Below are positions 20,850 through 30,975 of a DNA stretch of 56,730 bases, one piece after another. Below the pieces are notes generated by a model. That model was not told where the DNA came from. It did no database searches and saw nothing but the letters and a program-made list of their open reading frames with translations. Source of the stretch: a virus; the IMG/VR virus record IMGVR_UViG_3300002062_000002; one strand, 5' to 3'. Position 1 is the stretch's first letter, and each line of letters opens with the position of its first letter. The position numbers and the translations under genes were made by a program.

Positions 20850-21371
20850 ATGTACGCAATTATTGTTGAAGTGATTAAATTTATATTAGAGGGGTTTAGA
20901 AGTGACCCTCATTGCCAAACCGCTTCGTCGAATAGTCATAAAATTAAAAAGGTGGCGGGTATAGTAGTCATTATCCTACTGTTTTCAGTAGGGGGATTTT
21001 ATACGGTACTTGAAAATAAAACTAAAACTAAAAAGGCATACTGGTTAGAGAGAGAGTCTAAATTAAATAACAGTCTAACGTACCTTAAGACTGAGAATTT
21101 AAGAATACTCCGAGAACTGTCTGATATCAAAACCATTAACGCTAGTAATGTTAGTAAATTGGATATCACACAAGAGCGATACAATGAACTATACCGTAGA
21201 AGTGGTGCGGCGGAAGACGCCCTACGTGCAGCGAGGGAATTGGCGGATCGACGACTGGCTACGATAAACGCAATCAATGCACGCATCACTCAGTGTGAAA
21301 GTGGCGTTGGTAAATATCAAGAGTCTACAGATGAAATATGGGATGCATTAATTGAACTAGGGCGACAATAA
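20850..21371 (+). CDS. Putative inner-membrane spanin (i-spanin)
   Basis: One transmembrane segment (VAGIVVIILLFSVGGF) followed by a long coiled coil; directly upstream of a lipoprotein gene. Confidence 0.55.
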   Translation: MYAIIVEVIKFILEGFRSDPHCQTASSNSHKIKKVAGIVVIILLFSVGGFYTVLENKTKTKKAYWLERESKLNNSLTYLKTENLRILRELSDIKTINASNVSKLDITQERYNELYRRSGAAEDALRAARELADRRLATINAINARITQCESGVGKYQESTDEIWDALIELGRQ

Positions 21372-21372
21372 A

Positions 21373-21915
21373 ATGAACGCAGTAAAAATACACATCGTAA
21401 TTGCAGCAAGCTTACTGTTGTCTGGATGCACCCTTATAATTGATACTCCGAATAAAAAGAAATCGACAGTAGATAATCGGTATATCTATTATAAATTCCA
21501 ACATACAACACCCCCCGAGCCACTTATGTCCCCTCCGGAGTTTTACTCTACCGACGATACCCCACGGGGAATCAGGATGTATCATGAGGTAATGGTCGGG
21601 TATTATAATTACGTGGGTAGGTACATTGATTCAATGGTAGACTTGGAAGGTAATGCGCTACCTAATGTTACCAAGCCCAAATGTAGTTTTAATGACCTTA
21701 AATTGGAAGACATAGAACCTCCCCCTACCAAGCCAATTCCCCCAAGTAACTCAGAGATAGCTAATTTTAGATCTAAGTTATCCGAGGGGCCCATGCTTCG
21801 CTATATACGAAAAATAGATGCCTGGTTAGATGCTATAGAACTATATCATATAGATAGCAGACGACGCCTAGAGGAGCGGGTTAGGTTATACCTCGATTAT
21901 TGTAATGGTACATAA
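21373..21915 (+). CDS. Lipoprotein, putative o-spanin
   Basis: Signal peptide with lipobox LLLSGC; Pro-rich segments. Confidence 0.6.
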   Translation: MNAVKIHIVIAASLLLSGCTLIIDTPNKKKSTVDNRYIYYKFQHTTPPEPLMSPPEFYSTDDTPRGIRMYHEVMVGYYNYVGRYIDSMVDLEGNALPNVTKPKCSFNDLKLEDIEPPPTKPIPPSNSEIANFRSKLSEGPMLRYIRKIDAWLDAIELYHIDSRRRLEERVRLYLDYCNGT

Positions 21916-21919
21916 TACA

Positions 21920-21945
21920 GTGGGGTAAACGCCCCACCTATGCCG
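21920..21945 (+). terminator. Hairpin + CTATGCCG element
   Basis: GTGGGG/CCCCAC stem then CTATGCCG. Confidence 0.6.
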
Positions 21946-21949
21946 ATTA

Positions 21950-24442
21950 CTATTTAAACTCAACGTGTTCATTATAGACATCGGGAACGGCTATGTTTGA
22001 TTTATCAATAACACATACCTCACATGCCCCTAATGAATTTTGCACCGCCAATGCATGTGAAATTAACCATAACTGGCTGCAATTTCTACCATCGAGTAAT
22101 GTTTTTAAAAATATTTGCAATTGCTCCCGATGCCCTATGTCAAAACTGGAACCTAGTTCATCTGCGTATATAGGGTGATCATCCATATTCAAGTATGACA
22201 TGGCCACTAATCTAAACGCAAAGTCGATAATGTCCTGCTGACCCGTGGACGTCAATGCTACGTCTGGGGTATGGTTAGGATCGCCATCAACTACAACTGG
22301 AAACTTATAATCTAAATTATTAACATTACCTTTCGTAGGGAGTATTTTAAGCTCGTAACTCCATACTCGTGAGATAATAGAATTTAAATCTGCAGTGAAA
22401 GCATTTAACCATCCCGTTAACTGTTCGGCTATAATGCCACTGGTGGGAGATAACGCATCGGCTACACACTTCCAATCAATAATGTCTTCATCCATGACGT
22501 TTAACTGTCGCCTTAAATCACTGACTAATTCCCGACTTATGTGTTGCTCTGATATATGGTCGGTAATCCGCGCTAACTTTAATTGATGTAGTTTTATATC
22601 CTCTTCCAGTTTACGTTCTCGCAGTGACGCTACCCGCTCGTGACACAGTGCGTAGTATGACTTCAATAGGGTGGACATCTCCGTCTCTGCAGCATGAATA
22701 AACTCCCCCCGATTAAATCCCTTTACTAAAAATTTACGTTCATTCTCCACCTCATGTAACGTAACGGAATTTATTTTTATTCGCTCAAATAACTCAGACT
22801 CTCGCTTATTCAGTAAATGCACTCTTTCTGCGGCAATGTCACTGTCTCCAGCTTTAGCCAACTGTCTATCTACGTCATATAATGCAGACTCCGCATTGTG
22901 TAAACTTTGACAGTTCTCAATATCATCTTTTGCCTTATATAAATATAAAAGCAGGTCATTGGGGTTACCTTCCAATAGTTTATTTTCAGCAATAAACATC
23001 CACAGTGGCCTAAATGACGGGTACGTCATCATTATTGCCTTTATAGCCCGACGGTTATTTTCAACTGTATGATACTGACTTAATTTGCCGGCGATGCATT
23101 CTAGGTCAGTGTGGATGCCGTCGATTATAGGCGATAAGGTAGCGATATTTTTATCTAACTCGGTTAGCTCTTTATCGGATACCCCGGGAATAAACTTAAA
23201 TCTGCACTCGGGACACTCTTCACGTTTAGCTTCGGTTATAAGCCGTTTACGATGTATGCTTTTAGACTGTAGTGTATTTAATCGATTAAGCTCCGTGCCT
23301 TTATGCGTTTTATCCGATTTTAATTGCTCGGATTCTTCTAACGTAAAGACCTGAGAATAATCTTCTCCCGACTTACCCACAATGGTATTTATTAACTGGG
23401 TTTCTATATCGCTTACTTGTGTAAGTAACGCGCCGTCAATAGAAGGCCAATCAAAAAAGTATCCCCGTGTTGTTAGTTTGTCTATAGTATCGCGCAACTC
23501 CACACGTTGCTTTTGCAGCTGGGTAACATCTAACGATTCTACCTTTCGTATATCCTCCAGTTCACTACTTAACGTTGCCATATCTGCCGTTATGCGGTCT
23601 TTTATTTCAAGTAGGGACTCTTTCTTAAATCCGGTTTCCTGTATTTTAGCTTCATACTCACGTAAAGAGGTAATGTTTCTAACGGGGCAGGCTACGGGCT
23701 CCATGGAGGTAAACGCATCAAAATTTTTTTGTACGTATTCTTTTATGGTGGATAGGGTATTCACGTAGTCCGAGTTTACGTCGTTGTACTGGCGAACATT
23801 GGAGTTTGATAGTCGCATGAGTTGATTTAGGATGGTGGCAAGCTCTTCACTGTTTGCATTTACTTTAGCCCAATCCTGATCTTCCCATAAATTTGCAGTT
23901 TCAGTTACAATGCGCTTATCCAATAGTTTCTTTGCACCAACCGTATCACGTGCTATGGTCGCTGCTTTTTTAAAGGTAGCCATAGCGTATGCCATATCCA
24001 TGCCGGATATGCGAGTCAGTACTTCTCGACGTTGCGTGGGGTTCATTCTAGTAAACCGCGTTTTCCCGGTAAATAGATCAATTAGTTCGCTGTCTAAATT
24101 AAAGTGCATTTTAATGAGGTCTTTTTGCACTGCCCCTGTATTGCCCACATTAATGTTTTCGCCATCGACGATAAATTCAAATGACGCGTTACTCTTATTA
24201 AAATATTGAATGGTTTTATATTCTTTTCCTTCGTGCTGAAGTGACACTTCCTTCACTCCCCCAACCTCAAAGTCCTTTCTGTCTGCAGGCCAACAGGTTG
24301 CTTGTTCCAATACACTAGATTTACCCGCACCGTTTGTGCCAATAATAAGCTGGATCAATTCAGATGCCGAAATTCTAATACTCTTCACTCGGTTAATTTT
24401 AAGTCGAGTATATCCCTGTAGGTAAAGCTCTGTAATTTTCAT
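21950..24442 (-). CDS. sbcC: SbcC/Rad50-like ATPase (phiKZ gp165-like)
   Basis: Walker A GTNGAGKSS, coiled coils, zinc hook CPEC, signature TSTGQ, Walker B IYADELG, H-loop LISH. Confidence 0.92.
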   Translation of the reverse strand: MKITELYLQGYTRLKINRVKSIRISASELIQLIIGTNGAGKSSVLEQATCWPADRKDFEVGGVKEVSLQHEGKEYKTIQYFNKSNASFEFIVDGENINVGNTGAVQKDLIKMHFNLDSELIDLFTGKTRFTRMNPTQRREVLTRISGMDMAYAMATFKKAATIARDTVGAKKLLDKRIVTETANLWEDQDWAKVNANSEELATILNQLMRLSNSNVRQYNDVNSDYVNTLSTIKEYVQKNFDAFTSMEPVACPVRNITSLREYEAKIQETGFKKESLLEIKDRITADMATLSSELEDIRKVESLDVTQLQKQRVELRDTIDKLTTRGYFFDWPSIDGALLTQVSDIETQLINTIVGKSGEDYSQVFTLEESEQLKSDKTHKGTELNRLNTLQSKSIHRKRLITEAKREECPECRFKFIPGVSDKELTELDKNIATLSPIIDGIHTDLECIAGKLSQYHTVENNRRAIKAIMMTYPSFRPLWMFIAENKLLEGNPNDLLLYLYKAKDDIENCQSLHNAESALYDVDRQLAKAGDSDIAAERVHLLNKRESELFERIKINSVTLHEVENERKFLVKGFNRGEFIHAAETEMSTLLKSYYALCHERVASLRERKLEEDIKLHQLKLARITDHISEQHISRELVSDLRRQLNVMDEDIIDWKCVADALSPTSGIIAEQLTGWLNAFTADLNSIISRVWSYELKILPTKGNVNNLDYKFPVVVDGDPNHTPDVALTSTGQQDIIDFAFRLVAMSYLNMDDHPIYADELGSSFDIGHREQLQIFLKTLLDGRNCSQLWLISHALAVQNSLGACEVCVIDKSNIAVPDVYNEHVEFK

Positions 24443-24504
24443 TAACGTATCCTGGTTTAATTACCGTAGTCAATATAAAAGGACGTTATGTATTTTATCC
24501 ATTG

Positions 24505-24532
24505 GGCATAAATGACGGGGAAACCCGTCATT
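24505..24532 (-). terminator. Hairpin + TTATGCC element
   Basis: AATGACGGG-gaaa-CCCGTCATT stem with GGCATAA on its left. Confidence 0.6.
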
Positions 24533-24773
24533 AATTAAAGGTATATGCCAACTCGGTCTCGGTAGGAGTACGGATACCCATAAAACCGTCTACGAGTCGT
24601 TCTAAGCGATTTAGATTAGCTTTGTCGCCCCATGGTATATCCGGGTTAACAAATACCGTTATTCCCTGTAAGGTTGAACTTTGAGACACTTCCGCGAACA
24701 TTGTTTTTGTTATCCATGGTGCTGTAACAATGTTTACTTCCTTGGAGGCGTCTGTCTTTAGTACTGACTTCAT
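24531..24773 (-). CDS. Small hypothetical protein
   Basis: 80 aa, GAGG RBS. Confidence 0.6.
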   Translation of the reverse strand: MKSVLKTDASKEVNIVTAPWITKTMFAEVSQSSTLQGITVFVNPDIPWGDKANLNRLERLVDGFMGIRTPTETELAYTFN

Positions 24774-24867
24774 GTGCTGCCTCTATAATTTATGAATTGA
24801 AGGGTGTTCCATTATATATTAAGTAACTGTGTAAAAAATGACCCCTCATACATTATAGAAACATACG

Positions 24868-25143
24868 TTAATCGAATATGGCGTCAACGTACCTAGCTAC
24901 AGTTGACTTATAGTCATAGTCCCTAGCTATTCCAATAAGTTTACTTTTCCAAAATTTATTCAGTCTAGTGGATTGATCGGGTGTAAATGTATGCTTTCCC
25001 TTAGTCCTAGTTACATTAAGATCAACCAGAACATAGTTTTTAATGTGCCTAGTCGAAATTGTAATTGAGGGAGCCATGTCATCCTCTAGAGGTAGGTCGT
25101 TAAACACCCCTTGCTGTACTATGTACCCTGTATCCGTTACCAT
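24868..25143 (-). CDS. Small hypothetical protein
   Basis: 91 aa, GGAG RBS. Confidence 0.6.
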   Translation of the reverse strand: MVTDTGYIVQQGVFNDLPLEDDMAPSITISTRHIKNYVLVDLNVTRTKGKHTFTPDQSTRLNKFWKSKLIGIARDYDYKSTVARYVDAIFD

Positions 25144-25354
25144 GTTTTACTCCATTAAATAAAAAAAAAACTGCGAATGCTAACTAACGAGGCGTAGGCA
25201 ACGTAGTCACGGAAACCCGGGAAAAGGAGTGGCCACCTATTATAATTAATATTTATGATATCCTATACTCCTTAGAGTATAGCAGTAACGTAATGAGTAA
25301 ACCTATTAAGGGACAGAGTCCCGTGTAAACTTAAAAAATAAAAAAAGATTAAAC

Positions 25355-25399
25355 TCCTCTTCTACCCCAACCTACGATAGGCTATGGGGTAGAAGAGGA
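25355..25399 (-). terminator. Long hairpin terminator
   Basis: TCCTCTTCTACCCCA...TGGGGTAGAAGAGGA 15-bp stem, followed by T-rich sequence on the minus strand. Confidence 0.65.
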
Positions 25400-25406
25400 T
25401 GTATAT

Positions 25407-25664
25407 TTATTTTAATGTATTTCCAATTACACGTAGCCATTGAAATTTAGAAACTGATACCAAGCCAAAACTTACATCTAATATAGAATACTCGCCATCT
25501 AAAGGGCATATGTTATTCATATGCTCCAGTATAATGGCGTCATCTACTTCGGATGCTTGATGTGGACTTAGTGTACCGTAGCCTAATACAGCGGGCTGTT
25601 GTGCGTAGTCTCTATTTAATGCGCTTATCTTCCGTTCGTGATCATAGTTCTGATTGACTTCCAT
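25407..25664 (-). CDS. Small hypothetical protein
   Basis: 85 aa, overlaps the end of the upstream gene. Confidence 0.55.
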   Translation of the reverse strand: MEVNQNYDHERKISALNRDYAQQPAVLGYGTLSPHQASEVDDAIILEHMNNICPLDGEYSILDVSFGLVSVSKFQWLRVIGNTLK

Positions 25665-26376
25665 TATGTAAATCTACCCTTTCTCGTATGTCCATTTTGA
25701 TTACGGAATCCGTTATCCCGTTCCTGAATAAGCTATCTAGCTCATATAAAACTACTTGTAGATCTGCGGGTATTATATCACCCATAGGTAATTGCAACGT
25801 TTTATTGATTTCTTTTCTGTATTCGTTGATTTCTTCCCATGTAGTTATCCAATAGGTTTCCGATGATAAGTTCTTATATCTTGTATTTAGTTTTACGGCA
25901 ATTGATACTTGCCCATCGACTACTTTATATTGCAAACGCATATGTCTACTAAGGTCATCACCAACATTACATTTAAGGTATATGCTACCAGTGATTATCC
26001 ATGAATCTTTCGTGGTAGCCACAATGGGATTACTGAGGGGGTCTACGCTTACGCTAGGTGGGGTTTTGTTAGCTCTTTTTAGATCGTGTAAGGTTGTCCA
26101 TGTAAACCCTGTAGCCGCCCCTGGGATTTCTTTTAGAAATAGGAGCCATTGATTATTAATATCCAACAGTAGAGTGGAAGTTAGTATACATGAATCTTTT
26201 ATCCACACAATACAATCAATATATCGAGTGTAGACATCCACCCCAGGCAATTCTTCTGAGACGCTAAACCTTACAGCCATATCGGTTTTATGTAAAACGT
26301 TGAATAGTTCGTCGTTATTGGGAAGATCCCCCAAACTCACCCGTCGTAGTCGTCCCTGTGCTATAACTACAGCCAT
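25642..26376 (-). CDS. Hypothetical protein
   Basis: 244-aa ORF. Confidence 0.6.
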   Translation of the reverse strand: MAVVIAQGRLRRVSLGDLPNNDELFNVLHKTDMAVRFSVSEELPGVDVYTRYIDCIVWIKDSCILTSTLLLDINNQWLLFLKEIPGAATGFTWTTLHDLKRANKTPPSVSVDPLSNPIVATTKDSWIITGSIYLKCNVGDDLSRHMRLQYKVVDGQVSIAVKLNTRYKNLSSETYWITTWEEINEYRKEINKTLQLPMGDIIPADLQVVLYELDSLFRNGITDSVIKMDIRERVDLHNGSQSEL

Positions 26377-26579
26377 TTCAACCAGTTCTCTATTTTTACA
26401 GTAACGGGTGTAGTGGATTCAAACGTCCTATTAACATTTTCCGATGTCGTAAAATCCGTAGTGCGTACCGGGATACCGCCAAAGTTAGGAGTTAGATCAT
26501 TAGGGTTCTGTAGGAGAGTATACGAAATGTGTGGATCTATGATGTGGAAGCCGTCGGTATTTCGATGGTAGATAGGCAT
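26367..26579 (-). CDS. Small hypothetical protein
   Basis: 70 aa, strong AAGGAG RBS. Confidence 0.6.
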   Translation of the reverse strand: MPIYHRNTDGFHIIDPHISYTLLQNPNDLTPNFGGIPVRTTDFTTSENVNRTFESTTPVTVKIENWLKWL

Positions 26580-26641
26580 GGCGTGCTCCTTTACGTGGTT
26601 CGGATATAAAAAAAATAAAGGTGGAGAGGGATAGTGGGGGT

Positions 26642-26673
26642 TACCGCCCTGTGGAATATTCCACAGGGCGGTA
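26642..26673. repeat. Perfect 32-bp palindrome
   Basis: TACCGCCCTGTGGAATATTCCACAGGGCGGTA is its own reverse complement. Confidence 0.85.
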
Positions 26674-26677
26674 TTAT

Positions 26678-26935
26678 TTAAACTATAACTTTAGCGTTCA
26701 CGGATAAACCTAGCGACTTGATTATACCTTCAACGACATCAACCAAAGGCACGTCGTAATCGGTATAATCAAAATCAAGCGTAGCGATAATGACATCGGC
26801 TGTTCTTTCGGATTTAAATCGTGGAGATTTTATATTGGGGATAAACCCATTTGCATTTACGTTAACCGCAGCTACAATTGTAACGATAGAGTCTTTGATA
26901 ACAACGGGTACGGATTGGATGGTGTATGTACTCAT
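26678..26935 (-). CDS. Small hypothetical protein (probable early gene)
   Basis: AAGGA RBS before ATG 26935; early promoter motif upstream. Confidence 0.6.
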   Translation of the reverse strand: MSTYTIQSVPVVIKDSIVTIVAAVNVNANGFIPNIKSPRFKSERTADVIIATLDFDYTDYDVPLVDVVEGIIKSLGLSVNAKVIV

Positions 26936-26983
26936 AGTGGTTTTCCTTTTAAGTGGTTTCATTTAGTGGATTACTTCACTAAC

Positions 26984-26991
26984 GTAATATA
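26984..26991 (-). promoter_or_regulatory. phiKZ-type early promoter motif TATATTAC
   Basis: Minus strand reads TATATTACGTTAGTG, heading the small-gene cluster. Confidence 0.65.
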
Positions 26992-27069
26992 TATTTATAA
27001 GTATTTATAATGAACTTTTTTATACACTCTAAACTATACGTGTGAGATGTATTTTTTATTTAATGGGGT

Positions 27070-28068
27070 ATGTATATGTTTATGTCGAATTTAAAAATGG
27101 TAAGTATTGGTATTGTATCAGAACACAAACAGAGTGGATCTAAGTTAGCATTGGTGCACCCTGCAGAAATTCTATGTGAGTTGGATGGCGCACTCCGCTC
27201 CGTGCCCACTGAACTCTATGCGGCCGGGGTAGACGGCGAAGGAACCGAGTATAAAGTATCCATACGGGCCGATACGTCATTACAGGCAGAGTGGCTTTCG
27301 TTTTCACAGCATAGACAAACTGCACCCGATATTCGTCGAGGGGAACAAGTTATCCTGTGGGCCGTAGAAGGCGCGACAGACGATAAATATTATTGGTCTA
27401 CAATGGGAAGAGATACTCGACTTCGTCGCTTAGAGAGCGTCCTATGGGCATTTAGCAACGTTTCAGATGAGTCTGCGGAGGTAGATGCACTTACCCATGA
27501 TAATGCATATACTGTAGAGGTATCTACCCACAACAAAAATATTACCATTAGAACAAATACATTAGACGGTGAACCGTTTGCGTATGTAATCCAATTGAAT
27601 ACAAAGGATGGAAACTTTACAGTCACCGACGACGTGGGGAATTATGTTCAATTAGATTCTAAGAATACCACAATCGACATGACTAATAAAGATGGTACGT
27701 TTTACCGCCTAACCAAGAAAGACATCTTTGGGTATGCTCCAGATTCTATCTACCTAGAAGCGGTTAATACCATGCAGATTAAGTGCAAAGATCTAATATT
27801 AAATGCGTCTAATAGCGTTACCACAACAACCACTACCCATTCCACCTCTGCATCCACGGTATCTGTATCCGCATCCACTATAACTAAACAGGCCGGTTCA
27901 ATTACGTTTGATTCCCCGGTAGTGACATGCACTGGACTATTATCGTGCGCGGGCCTGAGTACGGGGGTCGCTGGTGGCTCAATTGGCACGGCAACCATAG
28001 GCGTCCCCCTAACGGTTACCACCATCACACCCGAGCTACCAAGCGGTTATAAAAACTTACCTAAGTAG
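27070..28068 (+). CDS. Baseplate central spike, gp5/VgrG-like (phiKZ gp164-like)
   Basis: TAPDIRRGEQVILW OB-fold-like motif, LRRLE, then beta-helix-like repeats (FTVTDDVGNYVQLDS). Confidence 0.7.
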   Translation: MYMFMSNLKMVSIGIVSEHKQSGSKLALVHPAEILCELDGALRSVPTELYAAGVDGEGTEYKVSIRADTSLQAEWLSFSQHRQTAPDIRRGEQVILWAVEGATDDKYYWSTMGRDTRLRRLESVLWAFSNVSDESAEVDALTHDNAYTVEVSTHNKNITIRTNTLDGEPFAYVIQLNTKDGNFTVTDDVGNYVQLDSKNTTIDMTNKDGTFYRLTKKDIFGYAPDSIYLEAVNTMQIKCKDLILNASNSVTTTTTTHSTSASTVSVSASTITKQAGSITFDSPVVTCTGLLSCAGLSTGVAGGSIGTATIGVPLTVTTITPELPSGYKNLPK

Positions 28069-28073
28069 CAGTG

Positions 28074-28108
28074 CGGCATAACGCGGAGGGGAAACCCTCC
28101 ACTTATGC
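28074..28108. terminator. Bidirectional hairpin with TTATGC on both strands
   Basis: CGGCATAA-cgc-GGAGGG-gaaa-CCCTCC-ac-TTATGC between convergent genes. Confidence 0.65.
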
Positions 28109-28480
28109 TTATTTTTTTGTACGTGGCGGCACCGGGGGCTCCATTCCAGCATTTGCGGTAGTCAAATTGTCTTTGTACTCACTGTACTTATAGACCGTAC
28201 GCATGGCCTTTCTAGGTATAACATCGCCCGATTCGGTTAAAAAACGCAATGCGGTAAGTACTGCTTCCATTGTACTCGCTACAGAAGACACTAATCGATG
28301 GCCATTATGGAAACACAGCCATAGATCTTCTTCGGGGTAGTCTCCGATGTTCGCTTCGTCAATTTGAGTATATTGTTCATACGCTAAACCGTCAATGGTT
28401 AGCTCTTCGCGCACGTATACGTTAAGTCGCTTTTTTTGAAACAGCCTATGGCCGTCAAGTGTTTTATTTTTGTCAGTCAT
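28109..28480 (-). CDS. Hypothetical protein
   Basis: 123 aa, GGAG RBS. Confidence 0.6.
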   Translation of the reverse strand: MTDKNKTLDGHRLFQKKRLNVYVREELTIDGLAYEQYTQIDEANIGDYPEEDLWLCFHNGHRLVSSVASTMEAVLTALRFLTESGDVIPRKAMRTVYKYSEYKDNLTTANAGMEPPVPPRTKK

Positions 28481-28505
28481 GATAACTCCGTCTATATAAT
28501 CGGTA

Positions 28506-29753
28506 TTAAGGTAAAGTATCCCATACCATTACCCCATAGGCCGTTATGGTTATCGGGGTATTGGAAATCGCATTGTGGCCATGCTGAAAACCCTCCCCCA
28601 ATACATTTTTGGGGTTAGAATCAATTGGCACACTAATTGGATTTTGAGGCAACGCAACAGATAAAAGTCGATATGGTTCTGGGGTAAGTACAAAACCTCC
28701 AAAATCTACTTCTTCTTTAAATGATAATGTGTGACCTAAGGTATCCCGCGCAACGCCCCCTTGTAATAGCATAGAGGTGTACTTTCCACTAACCATAGAT
28801 TCGGTAACTGGCCCCTTGTAGGTTACCAGGTCTGTTCTGTCTAACATTACAATAAAGCTATTTCTAGATGTTAGTAACGCGGTTATATAATCGTCGCCAT
28901 AAACAGTTTCTTCATTAAGGGCGTGTATATGTTCAGGTAACTCGAAATCGGATAGGGCAGGGCCACCATACCGCACTGCACGTTTTAATAAGGGAACCTT
29001 TCTCCAATCAACAGAAATTAGATTAACCCCCGTTACCGATACAACGTCATCTAAAAGATGTAAAAAGCCATCTATGACAATACCAACCTGTTTTTGTGTC
29101 ACGTCAACGTTTACATTAATGGTAGTATTGTTTATAAGTGACTGCCCTTCGGCTTTAATGATGTTTGGAAACGCTATTTGTTGCGTGTGTATTTTACCTA
29201 ATCGACTAAAATCAATAATCCCACAATCCCATAAACCATCCTTCTCCATGGCCTTAAAGCCATTCCTAGCCCCCATGTAGTTTTCGGTTAAACTGGTATT
29301 AAATACTAGCCCATTTATAGATAGTAAAACGGTATCCTTAAAGAGTGCATAATCGGTATTGGTTCTAATTAGCCGTATATCATTACCCACTGAATTGGCG
29401 GAGGATGAGGGTATGACGGCTAGGTTGGCCCGATTAACCGAAAACCCAATTCTACCCGCTTCTACAATTCGAACACCTTCCACTTTGGAAGGATGAAATC
29501 TACCATTAGAAAAAGGTAACGTAATGCCTAAAGTATCTACATTATTAAACGTAGATAGAATGGCCATGTCCTTTACTGTAGGATTGACTTTGATAAATTC
29601 GTGTACCTTTAATGTTTTAGGTAATCCTCCCACCTGGATAATTAAGTACGCTTCTTTATATTGCAATAAAGGATTAAACGTATCGGTTTCCGTTATACTT
29701 ATCCCTCTCCAACTTGCGCGCTCCAAGACAAATGCTTCTATTATTGTATACAT
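28506..29753 (-). CDS. Virion structural protein (tail/baseplate-associated, phiKZ-like)
   Basis: 415 aa; LLSINGL, GIIDFSRLG, IVIDGFLH; divergent from the fibre genes. Confidence 0.55.
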   Translation of the reverse strand: MYTIIEAFVLERASWRGISITETDTFNPLLQYKEAYLIIQVGGLPKTLKVHEFIKVNPTVKDMAILSTFNNVDTLGITLPFSNGRFHPSKVEGVRIVEAGRIGFSVNRANLAVIPSSSANSVGNDIRLIRTNTDYALFKDTVLLSINGLVFNTSLTENYMGARNGFKAMEKDGLWDCGIIDFSRLGKIHTQQIAFPNIIKAEGQSLINNTTINVNVDVTQKQVGIVIDGFLHLLDDVVSVTGVNLISVDWRKVPLLKRAVRYGGPALSDFELPEHIHALNEETVYGDDYITALLTSRNSFIVMLDRTDLVTYKGPVTESMVSGKYTSMLLQGGVARDTLGHTLSFKEEVDFGGFVLTPEPYRLLSVALPQNPISVPIDSNPKNVLGEGFQHGHNAISNTPITITAYGVMVWDTLP

Positions 29754-29895
29754 ATCCTTCCTCGTTATGTAGTGTTGGCATATCGGACATAGAAAAAGAC
29801 TTACTATGTTTAATTTTACTTAAAAACTATTCAAAATAGTATGTTAGGGAAAGTCGTTACCCTAATTACTTGCTATTCATAATTAGGAGAATGTA

Positions 29896-30975
29896 ATGCT
29901 AACTACTACCGGGCCCATAGAGGAAAATTCAACTTTTACGTACCCCTACGATCCAACGGGTAAAAATCCCGATAACCTGATTGTCGATCCCCCCCATGCA
30001 ATATCTCCCTCCACAGGAAAAGGATATTCTGTTATTGTTCCAAAAGCGGGGGTGTTTTTTAAGGCGGGATTTAAAGCCTACGCCATCAACTATTCTCAAT
30101 CTGAGTACAGTGGCGACCGACGAGAACTCACTCCGTACGTGGACTATGTGTTTAGTCATTTAATTAGTGACGTATCAAATGCTTTACAGTCTCCAGTATA
30201 TGGTTCTATTACAATTGTCAACCCTGATTTTTTAGGTAGTGTGTCCATTGAATATCAAACGCTGGGCGGGGAGTTTTCGTTTAACGAAGATACCTTTACT
30301 GAGTATGCTATTCATTTATTGGAAGCGGATGGGGCGTACGAATGGGCCAAATTATCGGATATACCTGAAGCTTTTGAACCTGCTGACCACACCATGCCAT
30401 TGGAGTTAACTGCAGGGTACGATGATTTAGTGAAAGCCGTTAAGGACATAGGTAATGCCGGCGACCACATGCATAGCATTCGCAATATTCGTCATCTGGA
30501 TTCTATTTTAAATAATAAGGTAGATGCCGGTGGCCGGTATAAATTACTTAGCAATAAAGCAAGAACGTTTAACTATGCATTTAACGGTACGGTACTTTGC
30601 TCGTTACCTAAGTCCACTCAACCTACAATGATTCAGGTTACCCTTAAGATTGCCACCGCCGTTAAAGTTAGTACATTAGTGGTATCGGGGTTGATAAAAC
30701 CCTTTGACGATGGCATGGTGGGGGATATATGGGATAACATCAATATAGTAAAAACAACAGATACGTGGGAGGGCGATGTTTCATTAAGTTACGATGCGTT
30801 TCATAACCCCTGTATATATTTGGGACGGGGACAGGACTGGGATGGCGCTACGGTCGCCATTATTGATTACTTTACTACGGTAGATGAAAAGTCAAACGAT
30901 CTCATACGTTCCTTTGCGGTAGTACCCGGCGCAACATTAACGGGATTAAATTTTATAGAAGTTACACCCACGTAG
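29896..30975 (+). CDS. Tail fibre/tail-tip protein with phiKZ-type N-terminal anchor domain
   Basis: YPYDPTGKNPDNLI, VDYVFSH, YGSI, YQTLGGEF, FEPADH motifs as in phiKZ gp131/gp145/gp146-family N-termini. Confidence 0.7.
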   Translation: MLTTTGPIEENSTFTYPYDPTGKNPDNLIVDPPHAISPSTGKGYSVIVPKAGVFFKAGFKAYAINYSQSEYSGDRRELTPYVDYVFSHLISDVSNALQSPVYGSITIVNPDFLGSVSIEYQTLGGEFSFNEDTFTEYAIHLLEADGAYEWAKLSDIPEAFEPADHTMPLELTAGYDDLVKAVKDIGNAGDHMHSIRNIRHLDSILNNKVDAGGRYKLLSNKARTFNYAFNGTVLCSLPKSTQPTMIQVTLKIATAVKVSTLVVSGLIKPFDDGMVGDIWDNINIVKTTDTWEGDVSLSYDAFHNPCIYLGRGQDWDGATVAIIDYFTTVDEKSNDLIRSFAVVPGATLTGLNFIEVTPT

